63,133 bases of DNA, filler included, from Octopus bimaculoides (GCF_001194135.2; 5 parts of 5 records of this genome joined end to end with filler, not necessarily neighbours in it), one strand, 5' to 3'. Counted from the first letter of the whole stretch, positions 1 to 13,332 are shown. The notes: a model not told the origin generated them from the letters alone. Numbers and translations: made by a program.

Positions 1-140
1 GGGGACGTAAACACACCAGCATCGGTTGTCAAGCGATGTTGGGGGGACAAACATACATATACACACACACACACACACACATACATATATATATATACAT
101 ATATACGATGGGCTTCTTTCAGTTTCCGTCTACCAAATCA
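1..140 (-). mobile_element. tRNA/CORE-type SINE (family A) fragment, cut by the RTE tail
   Basis: Matches the other family A copies (acaccagcatcggttgtcaagcg ... gggcttctttcagtttccgtctaccaaatc); stops at the (ATC)n tail of the RTE. Confidence 0.85.
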
Positions 141-1856
141 TCATCATCATCATTTAATGTCCGCTTTCCATGCTAGCATGGGTTGGACGATTTGACTGAG
201 GACTGGCAAGCCAGCATGCTGCACCAGGCTCCAATCTGATCTGGCAGAGTTTCTACAGCTGGATTCCATTCCTAACGCCAACCACTCCGAGAGTGTAGTG
301 GGTGCTTTTACGTGCCATTGGCATGAGGGCCAGTCACACGTTACTGGCAATGGCCACGCTCAAAAAGATGTTTTTTACGTGCCACCTGCACGGGAGCCAA
401 TCCAGCGGCACTGGCAACGACCTCGCTCGAATGATTTTCTAACATGCCACCCGCACAAGTGCTAGAAGGCGATGCTGGTAACGATTATGCTCAAATGCAA
501 GCTGAGTTTAGTGTCCAATGAAGTAAAGATACGAATAAGTGAGCTGGCTACACTTCTGGCAGAGGTCACAGATTATGCTCCCACTTGCCTTGCCGGGTCT
601 TCTCACGTACTGCATATTTCAATAGTTCCCAATCACTGGTCATTGCCTCGGTGAGGCCTAAAGTTCGAAAGTCGTGCTTCACCACCTCTTCCTGGGTCTA
701 CATCTTCCACAGGTTCCCTCAACTGCTAGGGTGTGGCACTTTTTCACACAGCTATCCTCATCCATTCTTGCCACATGTCCATACCAGCACAATCGTCTCT
801 CTTGCACACCACAACTGATGCTTCTTAGGTCTAACTTTTCTCTCAAGCTACTTACACTCAGTCGAGTATGCACAATGACATTACACAGCTTGCACTGGCT
901 TTATTGCACCTGAACATCTGCCATATACAAAAACTAACTTCCTAGTTAACCTGCCTTTGATGTTGCTGCACCTCTTATGTGTCCATAGCTTGCACCGGGT
1001 ACATCTTATAGAGTTACTACCTACTCCTTTTCTACATATTGAGCAGGGCCATCTACCTGAAGGGGTTTGTGTTTTGTCTACCTTCCTACTTATTAGGACT
1101 TTGGTTTTAGCTAGGTTGACTCTGAGGTCCTTCGATTCTAGTCCTTGCTTCCACACCTGAAACTTCTCCTCTAGTTCTGATAGTGACTCAGCAATTAGGG
1201 CAAGGTCATCAGCACAGAGAAGCTCCCAGGGGCATCCCGTCTTGAATTCCTGTGTTATTGCTTNNNNNNNNNNNNNNNNNNNNNNNNNNNNNNNNNNNNN
1301 NNNNNNNNNNNNNNNNNNNNNNNNNNNNNNNNNNNNNNNNNNNNNNNNNNNNNNNNNNNNNNNNNNNNNNNNNNNNNNNNNNNNNNNNNNNNNNNNNNNN
1401 NNNNNNNNNNNNNNNNNNNNNNNNNNNNNNNNNNNNNNNNNNNNNNNNNNNNNNNNNNNNNNNNNNNNNNNNNNNNNNNNNNAATTGTTTGTGTCTAAAG
1501 CATCACCTGTACCTTTGTAGCAGTTGACTATGGTGCTGCTACACCAGTCATTGGGTATGACTCCTTCATGTATCACCTGGTTAACTATACAGGTGACTAG
1601 GCTATAGCTGACACTGCCAGATATTTTGAGCATCTCTACAGTGATTCCTGATGGGCCGGGGGCTTTCCCTGTCTTCATACTCTTAATTGCTTTATCTACC
1701 ATGGTACCGTCAACTCGGATAGCAGGTCCCTCTGTTGGGTCGACATACGGCAGACTCTCTTTCTCCCATTCATTTTCTTTATTAAGCAGCCTTTCATAGT
1801 GGTGTCTCCAAACCTCTCTCTTTGCAGCCTCATTTAGTCCAAGTGAACCATCATCC
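137..1856 (-). mobile_element. 5'-truncated RTE-clade LINE: RT domain, C-terminus, 3' UTR and (GAT)n tail; contains an N gap
   Basis: ORF 881-1702 has KAPGPSGI, GCPWELLCADDLAL and VNLAKTKV; ORF 679-873 has RRLCWYGHVARM...GRCRPRKRW. The tail is (ATC)n at 137-153. 1545-1856 aligns with the RTE copy at about 16610-16905. Confidence 0.92.
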
Positions 1857-3113
1857 AGCCCTTACACTACTCACTCTACTCCATTATTCTACTACCTCCG
1901 GAGTCATTAGGGTTGTTGAGCAGCCTGTGTCCACAAGGGCTCGTGACACCTTTCCATTTACCACGACTTCTACTACTGGCAACAACTGTATACACGCCTC
2001 TATTCTTTCGACGGGACAACTACTGGTGCAGTAGTTTTCCTTAGACCGTTTCCCTGCACACATTCACTGGCGATGTGGCCTATTTGTCTGCATCAATAGC
2101 AAACTACTCCAGGCCTGGGTTCCTTGCAGTCTCTCACCATGTGAAAACCCTAACACTGAAAACACTGCCCTTTGAAGGGTCGCACATGTTCATTGTTTGA
2201 CCCCTCTCCACCACTCTTTGTTTGTTCCCTTCTCGTTGTTGCAGTTGCTGCTGAAGGTGTCATCCTGCAACCTGAGACAATGGCTCTGGCCCGAGATATT
2301 ACCTCTCCCATTGCCATGGAGTTAATATTCGGCAGCTTTTGCAGTTCATCTGACACGTGGTCAGGAAATCCTGTCACAAAGGCTAATTTAACAGTTTGTT
2401 CCAACGCATCATCCATATATCCCATGAGTCTAACCAATCTCCTGATTTCGTTGGCAAACACATCAACCTGTTAACCCATCCACTTGGCTTTCCCCAGTTG
2501 ACCATATGCCATAAATGGCCCTTCTGTGAAAGCCTCCATCAGCCGGCCTTCTATTTTTTCTGTGCTTAACCGGTCCTTCTCCTCCATTTCCAGGTATAGC
2601 ACTAATGCCAATCCATCAAGGTACAATGGTATGAAACTCGCTAGGTCATCTATACCTTGGAGTCTTGCCACCAACTTAATTTTTTGCAGCCAAGCAATGA
2701 CATCTCCCTTGCCACAAAATGGCCTAACTGTCTCATTCGAAATACAGACCATACCCATCATTTTTTTTCTTTGAGCCGAAATAGCTTGTGATATGAAGGG
2801 AAGAAAAAGACAGAAGCAAAGAGAGAATTGTGGTAGTCTTACCTGTCAGTCCAGAAAAAGGGTCGCTTTCAATGTCCATGTGCTCTGTCTCGATCTGCAA
2901 GATTCACTCAATGTCCACATGTACTACCTGTCACTGTACAGTCTAACACATCTGCTCTAATGCGCTGTTTGTCGCCGACTGACTCCTCACGCCTCACTGA
3001 CCCCACATGCTCATCGCAGCCCTTCTTGTGAGACCCACAGGCCCTACTTCCAACAGGACATACCTACTCCCTCACTTCTGATCCTTCCCTACGACACAGC
3101 CTGGCTCATAACA
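1857..3113 (-). mobile_element. Ty3/Gypsy LTR retrotransposon remnant: possible LTR/leader, gag with two zinc knuckles, aspartic protease
   Basis: Gag-like ORFs at 2471-2761 and 2150-2461; knuckles CFQC*GFHMVRDC and CY*CRQIGHIASEC; protease motif ALVDTGCSTTLM (DTG at 1923-1931); possible LTR start TGTTATGAG at 3113. Stops and frameshifts present. Confidence 0.8.
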
Positions 3114-3234
3114 CAACAGATCTTTGATAGAATTTCAATAGTTTCTCGGAAACAAATCTCATTCAACTTTTGGGGCAATATAAAGTTACTGTAGTGTTCA
3201 TGCTTGGCTAGAGCTACCTTGTGTAGTAATAACC

Positions 3235-3890
3235 TCACTCACTCCTCATCTGACAATGACTGGCAATCTTTATTAAAAATTTCCTCATACCTTCTATAGT
3301 ATGCAGGAAGCATGATACCCTTTTCCAGACTATAAGTGAATTCAGAAATTGAGTTCGCCATGATGTCTGGCGTAAATAAACTTACCAAACTTTTGGACTT
3401 CCTTGACTGTAACTCAATTAACTGTTGTTGTTGTGATATTTGCTTCTGCAACTCCTGTTGTTGTTCCTGTTTCATCTCTTGAAGTTGTATTCCTGCAGCT
3501 AATAGGTTCTCCATAATTTTATTTGTATGATGCACAAACTGTCAAATAACCTATGTAAGCATCGAAAAATCCTCATTGCCAGGTGATATGTCCTTACACC
3601 TCCAATATTGTAGTCTGGTTGATATTGTTGATGAGGGATAAAGAATATACTGTAACAGCATTATAACAATACCGAATAGAAACAGTGGCAGTAACAAACA
3701 TGCAACGAAGCAACAATCAATATTTCCAACACACCAACTCGAACTGTAAATTGTATTTGGACTTTGAAGCCCAAACTTACAAACTGCTGACTACGTCAGA
3801 CCGCTGCAATTTATATGTAGTGGTCCCATCTATTCTCATCAGAGGGTGTTGTACTCTCACCACAACAAAGAGAAACACAACTACTTAGTT
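3235..3890 (-). mobile_element. Second Gypsy-like remnant: putative LTR, PBS-like motif and gag N-terminus
   Basis: ORF 3239-3535 (Q-rich coiled coil then SISEFTY...YYRRYEEIF) resembles a gypsy gag N-terminus. Minus-strand TGGCAATGAGG at 3571-3581 looks like a CpG-decayed TGGCGACGAGG PBS just after a ...CA LTR end at 3584. The far LTR boundary is uncertain. Confidence 0.55.
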
Positions 3891-3904
3891 GAAATTCTTT
3901 TATC

Positions 3905-4290
3905 TTTTATTTGTTTCAGTTACTGGAATGCAGCAATACGGGGGCACTGCCTTGGAGAGTTTAACCAAACAAATTGTCGTAATATTTATTTTTCAAGCCT
4001 GGTACTTATTCTGTTGGTCTCATTTGCTGACGTGCTAAGTTACAGAGACATAAACAAACCAGCACCAGTTGTCATGCAGTGGTGGGGGACAAACACAAAC
4101 ATCAAGACACACACACACACACACACAGATGCACACATATACAACAGGCTTCTTTCAGTTTCCATCTGACAAATCAACTCACAAGGCTTTGGTTGGCCCA
4201 GGGCTATAGAAGACACTTGGCTCAGGTGCCATGCTGTGGAACGGAACCTTACTCCATGTAGTTGGGAAGCAAACTTCTTACCACACAGCC
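3905..4290 (-). mobile_element. SINE family A copy
   Basis: Contains the head/CORE-like part, central (CA)n and tail, collinear with 20115-20512. Confidence 0.85.
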
Positions 4291-4449
4291 ACATTTCATA
4301 AGAGGCAAGATGACAGGTCTGTTAGAATATACTTCAATGCTAATAACTATAAAAACAAAGCAAGTGGGAATTGCATTATCTCTTATCACTTTAACTTCTT
4401 TCTATCATTAGACTGTGGCCATGTTTGGGTTGTTTCATTTGAAACAACA

Positions 4450-4745
4450 CCAGTACTTAATATTTTTTAAACCTGGTACTTATTCTATCAGTCTTTTTTG
4501 CCAAACCACTAAGTTATGGGGACATAAACACACCAACACTAGTTGTCAAGTGGTGGTGGGTGACAAACACAGACACACACATTGTATATACAATGAGCTT
4601 CTTTCAGTTTCCATCTAGCTAATCCATTCACAAGGTTTTGGTCGGCCCAAGGCTATAGAAAAAGACACTTGCTCAAGGTGTCATGCAGTGGGACTGAACC
4701 AAAAGCCATGTTGTCAGGAAGCAAACTTCTTACCAACCAACCACA
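4450..4745 (-). mobile_element. SINE family A copy (diverged)
   Basis: Same collinear blocks as 3905-4290. Confidence 0.8.
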
Positions 4746-5394
4746 CCTGTGACAATAAAGTATTAATATGTAATGCGTATCTAATATCAACATCTGTGTC
4801 TGCTTGTTGTTGTTGCTGTTGTTTAGCATGGCAAATGAGTTCTGAATGAGCAAACATATGGCCATGGACACTCCAGCCATGACCATCCTATCTTTATTTT
4901 AGAGAGTCTATGTAGGATCATGCTATCCAGTATGTCCTTTCTCTTTCAAGATGGTAAAGAATGATGATATGAGGGAGTACTGGCAGCTATTTCTAGCTAC
5001 AGCCTCCCTTATACACCAGATGATACTGTAAGTGTCAATAAAATCATCTAAAATCTAGATAGTGGTGCTCCAGCATGTCCACATTTCAATGACAGAAACT
5101 ACATAGGAGAGAGGGAGGGGGAGGAGTGAGTGTATTTGTGTGTGTGTGTGTGAATAGGGGAGAAGTTTTCTTCCAGACATATTACATTAAAAACATTATG
5201 TTCAAGTATCTTTTTTCTAAGAAAAGTTTTCATATTTCCTTATTAGTCTTCTATGTTTAGTTTGGGAAGTTGTGAAATGTTAGACTAATGGATTTAGGAA
5301 TGTTACAAATGCACATAGGCGTGGCTATGAATGCAGGAGTGACTTATTGGTGCAGGAATGCCTGTGAGGTTATGAAGCTTAATTCCTAACCATA

Positions 5395-5399
5395 TGCAT

Positions 5400-5436
<37 letters not shown>

Positions 5437-5880
5437 AAAGAATAAGATAAAGAGACCAATAGCAAAGGTAGAATTACATTTTATGTATATATATATATAA
5501 GTGCACATAAGCATATATTTATATGTGCATAATTATGCATATACTTCTATACATACACATGCATACATATGCATGAACATGTGTATGCATAATAATGTAT
5601 GCATACATATGCATAAAAATGTGTACATGCATGCATATGCACATATATGCTTTACATACATATGCATAAAAATGTGCACATGCATGCATTACATACATAA
5701 GCATAAAAATGTATAGTATATATGTGCAAATATCTATGCATTACATATATATGCATACAAATGTATGCATTATGTACACATGCATGCATATGTATGCATT
5801 ACATACATATGCATACAACTGTGCACATATGTATGCACACATGTATACCTACGTATGCATACACACACACACACACACAT
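5395..5880. repeat. Compound (CA)n/(TA)n and degenerate ATGC/ATAC low-complexity repeat
   Basis: Alternating purine-pyrimidine tract; the unit catacatatgcataaaaatgt recurs about 3 times. Confidence 0.85.
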
Positions 5881-6298
5881 ACAATATTAAATAAGTGACA
5901 AGGGAACAGAATTTACATAATGAGCTTCATTAGCTTACAGCTGTTTCTGATGTAAGATACTCAGAGGTGAGTACTTTCCTTCACTTGGGAGCTCCAAGGA
6001 AGCTATAAGGTGATGTGTATGGATGAGGACAGCTGTGTAAAGTGCTGATTGCTGAAAATGAATGGAATTTGTGGAAGAAAGAAATCCAGGAAGACATGGT
6101 GTGAAAGTTTATCACAAGCTGTTGCACCTCATGAAGAGATGACAAAAGGCCAAGATGATCAGCAATTTGCTGTGCTTGAGAAGATCTGCCTGTCATAGAA
6201 AAAAACGAGGTCCTAAGAGCATTTTGTTTATGTCCATACATGCTGTGCCTTGCCCTCAGTATCCAATCCTAATGTTTATCTTCCTATCACTTTTCTAA

Positions 6299-8225
6299 TT
6301 GGGTCATCCCATAAATAATGCAGTGTTTTTAATATTTCTTTTATTTTTCAAAATTAAAATAAGCAAAGTTCTTTTTTAATTTAAAATATACTCTCCTTCA
6401 TTTGCTACAATGCTCTTCCATCTACCTGGTAAACTTGCAAGGCCCCTCTTCCAAAATTCTGTGATGAAAAATATTCCTCCAGTACTGTTCTGACCTCATC
6501 TACAGAATTCATATTTTTTCTGTCTAAATGATTTTGAAGACTGCAGAATAAATGAATCAGATGGGGAAATGTCTGGCGAATATGTTTGGTGGGACATAAT
6601 TTCCCATTCAAATTACTCTAGCCTTTGGAATATCATCCTTGCTGTATGTGGTTGAGCATTATCCTGATGGAGACCTTCGAACATTGGGCCTCACCGAGAT
6701 GATGACTTCTGATTGAGACCTTTGGAAATATGCTGTGCGTGAGAAGACCCGGCAAGCCAAGTGAGACCTAAATCCAAGGCCTCTGCCAGGGGTGTAGCCA
6801 GCCTACTTATGTGTACCTTTCCTTCATTGGACACTAAACTCAGCTTGCGAAGACTTTTTGAGGCAAGTGAAATTGAAATCAAACTAAATCTGATGACTGG
6901 CACCCATGCCAATGTCGTCTCCTTCATTGGACACAAAACTCAGCTTGCGAAGACTTATTAGGGCAAGCGAAAGCAAAATCGGGATGGCACCTGTGCCCAG
7001 CGCCGCCTTTCTGGCACTTGTGCCAGTGACATGTGTAAGGATTTTTGAGCGAGATCGTTGCCAGTGCCCCTGGACTGGCTCTTGTGCGGGTAGCACATAA
7101 AATACACCATTTTGAGCATGGCCGTTGCCAGCACTGCCTGACTGGCCTTCGTGCGGGTGACACGTAAAAGCACCCACTACACTCTCTGAGTGGTTGGCGT
7201 TAGGAAGGGCATCCAGCTGTAGAAACTCTGCCAAATCAGATTGGAGCCTGGTGTAGCCATCTGGTTTCACCAGTCCTCAGTCAAATCGTCCAACCCATGC
7301 TAGCATGGAAAGCGGACGTTAAACGATGATGAAGAACACCCTTCATTTTGAAACCAAGGATGGTAATTTTTCTTCTAGCGCTGACTTAAGCCACTCAAAC
7401 TGCTCACAGTACATCTGTTATTTTCTGGTTTGGGTTTAAAAGTTCAAAGTGGACTAAACCTTTCATATCCCACCAAACAGATAACAACACCTTACGTGGG
7501 TGAAGATCTTCTTTGTCCTGGAGTGCTGGTGTTTCTCCTTTCCCTACTCATTGTCTTCAGCAATTCACATTTTTATAGAGAACCCATTTCTCGTCACCAG
7601 TCACTATTTGGTCCCAAAAAGGTTCATTCATGAGAAGTGACAGCAAAGAAGAGCACACATTCACTCTCTGTGCGTAATTAGACTGGGAAAGTTTGTGAGG
7701 AACCCATTGACCCAATTTGCTGACTTTTCTGATGGTACGCAATTGTCAATGAACGGTTGAATGACCAAATCCAAGCTTCTCTGCTAGTTCTTCAACAGTT
7801 ACAATGAGATTTTGTTCCACCAAGGTTTGCAGGAATGCCCTCGTTGAGATCTACAGATCTTCCAGGATGAGGTTTGTCTTCTAGGCTGTAGTTTCTGGCT
7901 TGGAATTTTTGGAATCACCATTGACAATAGCATATGCTTATTGTCCGATCCCCGTATACTGCATTAATATTCCTTGCATGTTCCGTTGCATTGTTGCCTT
8001 TATTGAACTCATAAAGCAAAATATGCTGAATATGCTCCTTTGTCACTTCCATTATAGCTTTGAAAAAATGACTTAAAATCGAACTGCACTCTTCAAAACT
8101 TGCACTAAGAATAATAACAAGGTAAAATTACTACCTGCTTTTATAGCAAGTTGATGCAGGTAGTTTATCCTACGACTTTTAGTTTACGCAATTGCAAAAA
8201 CTGCATTATTTATGGGATGACCCAA
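6299..8225 (-). mobile_element. Mariner DNA transposon with decayed transposase, interrupted by an RTE insertion
   Basis: TIRs TTGGGTCATCCCATAAATAATGCAG at 6299 and inverted ending at 8225, with TA on the right flank. Minus-strand peptides LGQWVPHKL and IVTGDEKWVLY (7557-7742) and HLF.SLQNHL (6405-6611). Confidence 0.92.
6672..7332 (+). mobile_element. RTE LINE 3' end inserted in the mariner transposase
   Basis: Homologous to 150-700 in reverse; ends ggacgttaaacgatgatga. A roughly 36-bp 3' UTR block is duplicated at about 6822 and 6921. Confidence 0.88.
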
Positions 8226-9609
8226 TACTTAGCTGTTATAATTACTTGAGAGCTGAATTAGCACATATTTCATCCTGTGTTTCTTTGAGTTACCAGTGCC
8301 TCTTTCTTCCCTTGGAACCACTTCCTATTGACATCCATCCCACATTCTTGTTCCTTCCCTCATGATTTTTCAACAATCACACCCTTTCAGTGCCCTCTGT
8401 TACCTTTCTCTCTCCTCTGAGCTACATCATTGACCAACAGCAATCATTCTGTATGCCCTCTCATATCCACAGTTGACGCCCCCCCCCCACATTATTGCTA
8501 CATTCACAAGCCATGATTCATTAACTCTGATCTCTATCTACCACTGTTTATCACCCTATACATCATTTCTCAACTTTCTCACTGCACCTTCACACCTTCC
8601 CTCAGTACCAATATTTTCCATCACTTGTTACGCTCACCTCTACTAACACACACACCCTTTAATAGTAATGATAATAGTAATAAGGACACTTATGAGATGC
8701 TGAGCAAAGTTTCCTTTGCCTTTAGCAATGTAACACACACATGTACACATAGGCAAGCATGCTCACAGATACTAATAGAAAATTCCAAGTGCTCATAGGC
8801 ATCTGCAATCATACACACTTGTGCACATACCCACAGTGGATATACATATTTTGTGTAAGAAATTTCTCTAGACTTCTCCTTCTATATCTATGTATTGGGC
8901 TAACCTACTTCATCGTCTGGGGGTGTCGACACAACAGTATTACAACACAAATTCACTTCATCTTTTTTTTTATCTTAGTTACATAGAATCAATCTTTTAT
9001 CTACGTTGTCTCTCCCATCAACAATTTCATTTTGATGCCACACCCACTATGTGTAATTAATAAATTTCTCAAGCCAGACATCATGTAGTAAAGAGCACCT
9101 TAACTATGCATGCATTATATGTAAACACACACTATCTCTCACGTACAGATTTTACGTAAGCCAAAACTTGACTTGTGAAAATTTCACATCCTACCATCAA
9201 ACAGCATATAATTATGAGCAAGCAGCTAGGTTATAAAAACATATTCTAAAAAAGTTGTTAAATATTAAAACAAAACAAAAAAAAAACATTGAGATTGAGA
9301 AAATTTAACAGTAGCTTTGTAGATTTCATTTGAAGAGTTGCTACTGATTTTAACTGGAATATAGAAAATGTAAAAATAATTAGTACTGTTAAAAATGAAT
9401 AAAAGGCTATACCTTTAATCCATTAATATATAGAGGTTTCTGTAAATAACCAATGTATCTTGAAACCATTAACATATTTATTTGTCATATCTCAGACAAA
9501 TTTAGATAATATAGCTGTATTTTTTTCTGTATAGCTTTAGAATGAGTGCAATGCACATGTATCTGGTTTTAAACATGTATTTTAAATACCTAGAAGTACA
9601 ATATCGTTC

Positions 9610-9850
9610 ATCTGTTTCAGTCATTTGACTCCAGCCATGCTGGAGTATTTTTTCAGAGTTTTTTTTTAAAGGGTTCTTTTTAGCTGAACAAATTGACCCC
9701 AGTACTTTTTTTATTTGAAGCTTAGAACTTATTCTATCGGTCTCTTTTGCTGAAACACTAAGTTACAGGGATATAAACACGCCAACACCAGTTGTCAAGT
9801 GGTGGTAGGGGAACGAATACATAAACGAAGACATAGCTATATACATATAT
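9610..9850 (-). mobile_element. SINE family A tail half
   Basis: tgtttcagtcatttgact...gaccccagtact...aaacacgccaacaccagttgtcaag. Confidence 0.8.
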
Positions 9851-9852
9851 AC

Positions 9853-11190
9853 AAAGTGCCTGCTACTTTGATGGACAAGGTGCAAGCAGAACTTAATTGG
9901 ATGACCAAGCTTGGAGTTATCGTCAAAAAGACTCAACCCACAAACTAGGCTAATAGCATGGTGACAGTAGTGAAACCAAACAAGATTAGGACCCAAAAGA
10001 TCTCAATCATGCCATAAAAAGAAAACATTATCCCATGGGAACTGTTGAGGAAATTATGTCATGAATGCCAGGTACTAAGCTGTTAACTGTTCTTGACGTA
10101 GAGTTTGAATTTTGGCAGATACAACATGATGAAAGCAGTTACAAGTTGTGTACCTTCAATACCCCTTTCAGTAGATACTGATTCCCCTGATTACCTTTCA
10201 GAGTGGAGTCAGCAGCGGAAGTATTTCAGAGAACAATGTCACAGATCCTAGAAGGTTTATCAGGCACAGAATGTATTATTGATGACATTTTGGTGTGGGG
10301 TACAGATGTCAAGCAACATGATGAAAGACTGCATGTCATTCTGAACAGAATGCCGTTAAGTGGCCTGAAATTGAAAGTGAAGAAATGCAAGCTGAGAATG
10401 ATGGAGGTCACATATGTAGGGCATCTTCTCATTGACAAAGAACTGAAGCCAAATCTTGAAAAGGTGAAAACTATCAAAGATAATGCCGGAACATGAAAAC
10501 AAAACAGATCTGATGAGATTTCTTAGTATGATACAGTATCTGGGAAAGTTCATGCCAAATCTCTTCAGTGAAGCTGCAGCTCTATGAGAGTTATTGCTGA
10601 AGGACATTGCATGGAATTTGGAAGAAAGGCAGCAAACATGTTTTAAGAATTTGAAACAAAGAGTGACAGAGACTCCAGTACTACAGTACTTTGATGTTAC
10701 AAAGCCAGAAATGTTATCTGTGGATGCAGGCTCCAAAAGGCTGGGAGCAATGGTGATGCAAACTGACAAGCCTGTAGCATTTGCTTCAAGTTCACAGACA
10801 AGTGCACAAAAGAAATATGCACAGATTGAAAAAGAAATGCTAGGTATCCTACATGGATGTGAAAAGTTTCATCAGTACATCCACATGAAAACAGTTCAAG
10901 TTGAAACTGATCACAAGCCCCTTAAAATCATATTTCAGAAACCCTTGTGTAGAGTTCCTCAGAGGTTGCAGAGAATGTTGCTGCATCTGGAGAAGTATGA
11001 TCTTCAAATTACCTACAGACCTGGCAAAGAACTGATTGTTGCAGATGCCTTGAACAGGGCATATCTTCAAGCCATTAATGATTAGTTTGAGGAAACTGAG
11101 TGTGATGTGGACCTAATACCACAACTGCCGATGACCTCAGGAAAGTTGAGTGAATTCTGGATTACCACAGCAAATGACCCTTATAATTTT
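9853..11190 (+). pseudogene. Ty3/Gypsy pol remnant (RT and RNase H) with stops and frameshifts
   Basis: Peptides KVPATLMDKVQAEL, CTFNTPF, VFQRTM and CIIDDILVWG (YxDD-equivalent); RNase H motifs SVDAGSKRLGA, YAQIEKEMLGI and VETDHKPL. Confidence 0.92.
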
Positions 11191-11549
11191 TCAAATTTTC
11201 TTTTTTATAACATATAAATGTTTTTATGGGGGGAAAATATTGAAAAACATCAATACATGCAAGAGTGATAAAAAAAACGAGGAGGTTTGTCTTTAGATGT
11301 GCTAGAAACAACAGCCAAATCACCCTTAAATCACTCATTTTTCCCTCTGAAAATACAAATTTTTTTTTTTACTGAAAATGCACTTCCCATGGTTTTCAAG
11401 TGCAAAAAAAAAAAAAAATGGCCAAAATAGAATAACTAAATTTGAGTTAGTTTTTTAAAATTCTTTCAATATGTTCTCATTGCTAATTTTATCTGATGTG
11501 TTTGTGGTAGGTTTTGGCAGCATTTTCCATTCCATGTGTGGTAAATAGT

Positions 11550-12840
11550 AGTAACAGAAAAGGAGGAATTTCAATTATCCCCATGTGGTGAGTTGTAATA
11601 CAAAAAATATTGTTGTTGTTGTTGGCACTCCGTCGCTTACAACGTCAAGGATTCCAGTTGATCAGATCAATGGAACAGCCGGCTCGTGAAATCAACGTGC
11701 AAGTGGATGAGCATTTCACATACATGTGTACCCTTAACATAGTTCTTGGGGATATTCAGCATGACACAGTGTGACAAAGCTGGCTCTTTGAAATACAGGT
11801 ACAACAGAAACAGGAAGAAAGAGTGAGAGAAAGTTGTAGTGAAAGAGTACAGCAGAGTTCGCCACCATCCCCTGCCAGAGCCTCGTGGAGCTTTAGGTGT
11901 TTTCGCTTAATAAACACTCACAACACCCAGTCTGGGAATCGAAACCGCGATCCTATGACCGCGAGTCCGCTGCCCTAACCACTGGGCCATTGCGCCTCCA
12001 CACACACACACACACACACACACACAAATATATATATAAAAAATAAAAGAAGGAAAATGCACACACTTTACATAGTTTTAATATATTTTATATTGTGTTT
12101 GTCGACCGGTTTTGCTTTCGCTAATCATGACATTAAAATTATCGTGATTTTAGTCTATGTTGTGTGTGGAGAAGTTTAGGAATGAATGATTCAATAAGTA
12201 GAAAAATCTAAGGGGAAGAATTCGTGATTGTTACCCTACATAAAGAGCAAATTCCTTTGAGTGAACACATAGAGAGATGTGCAGGTAACATCGAACAAAA
12301 TTTCACAGTTTTCCCCTTCTACCAGTGCAAAGAAACAATTTCTATGCAAGAACATTTCAATTAAGAAAATTTTTAAATCAGAAAAAACAGAACACGTCTA
12401 AATATGCACATAACCAACTTTGATCTCAGCATATATTTTAATTCACAATTACATACCCATCACTGTACATATTTCTCCCCACTATTTTAGGTTTTGAATT
12501 TTTGTGTATATTCCCCCCACCCCCGAAAGATAAACAATTATCTCCCCTGTCCCCAATAATAACAATCACCAATTACCTTCCCTTACATTTTTCTACTTGT
12601 TCAATCATTCACTCATGAACTTCTCCACACACAACATGGACTAAAATTTTCTTAAGAAAATACAAAATAAATATTTTTATTGTCATGATTAATAAAAGCG
12701 AAACTAGTCGATAAACACAATATAAAATATATCAAAACTGTGTAAAGTGTGTGCATTTTCCTTCTTTTATTTCTTATGCATATTTTTTGTATTACAACTC
12801 ACCATGTGGGGATAATCGAAATTCCTCCCTTTCAGTTACT
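11550..12840. mobile_element. Foldback-type element with inverted arms of about 260 bp; a SINE is inserted in the left arm
   Basis: 11550-11610 plus about 12030-12230 is the reverse complement of about 12560-12840 (e.g. ggaggaatttcaattatcccc...gagttgtaatacaaaaaatat; aataaaagaaggaaaatgcacacacttta). Unique spacer of about 330 bp; no clear TSD. Confidence 0.8.
11610..12000 (-). mobile_element. tRNA-derived SINE family B, full length, (CAA)n tail
   Basis: Head GGAGGCGCAATGGCCCAGTGGTTAGG with A box and GTTTCGATTCC B box on the minus strand; collinear with 36335-36711. Confidence 0.92.
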
Positions 12841-12920
12841 GCACACACACACACACACACGTATATACACACACACATATATATACACATATATATACAT
12901 ACATACATTTATATATACAG

Positions 12921-13020
12921 AGTGAAACTATTAAAAGTGAAAGAATAAAAGTGAAATTATTAAAAGTGAAACAGTATAAAAGTTTAACTATAACCGTTAC
13001 TCCATTGAAAGTTTCACTTT
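12921..13020 (+). repeat. Short tandem array of AAAAGTGAAA (14-15 bp period)
   Basis: AGTGAAA at 12921, 12936, 12950 and 12965; inverted copy at 13012-13018. Confidence 0.7.
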
Positions 13021-13332
13021 TATTCTTTGAGTTTTGAGATGTAATATGGAACCGGTGCCAATGTTATATATATATATATATATATAATTATATATAAAGG
13101 GCATTAACTGTGTATTAATGCCTCACGCTATCGAGGGACTAAATAAGTAAAAAAAACTACCAAAAATAAGCAACGTATTTACCGAAAGCGAGAGAATGCA
13201 GCTTTTCAAAATTTATCTCTTAAAAACATTTAACTCAACGGTAGACCACTGGTTTCTCAATCAAATACAGAAAAAACTGTGAAGTAACCTGTATTCTTTT
13301 GTTCATCAGTACACGTATGGTCAAGATATATA

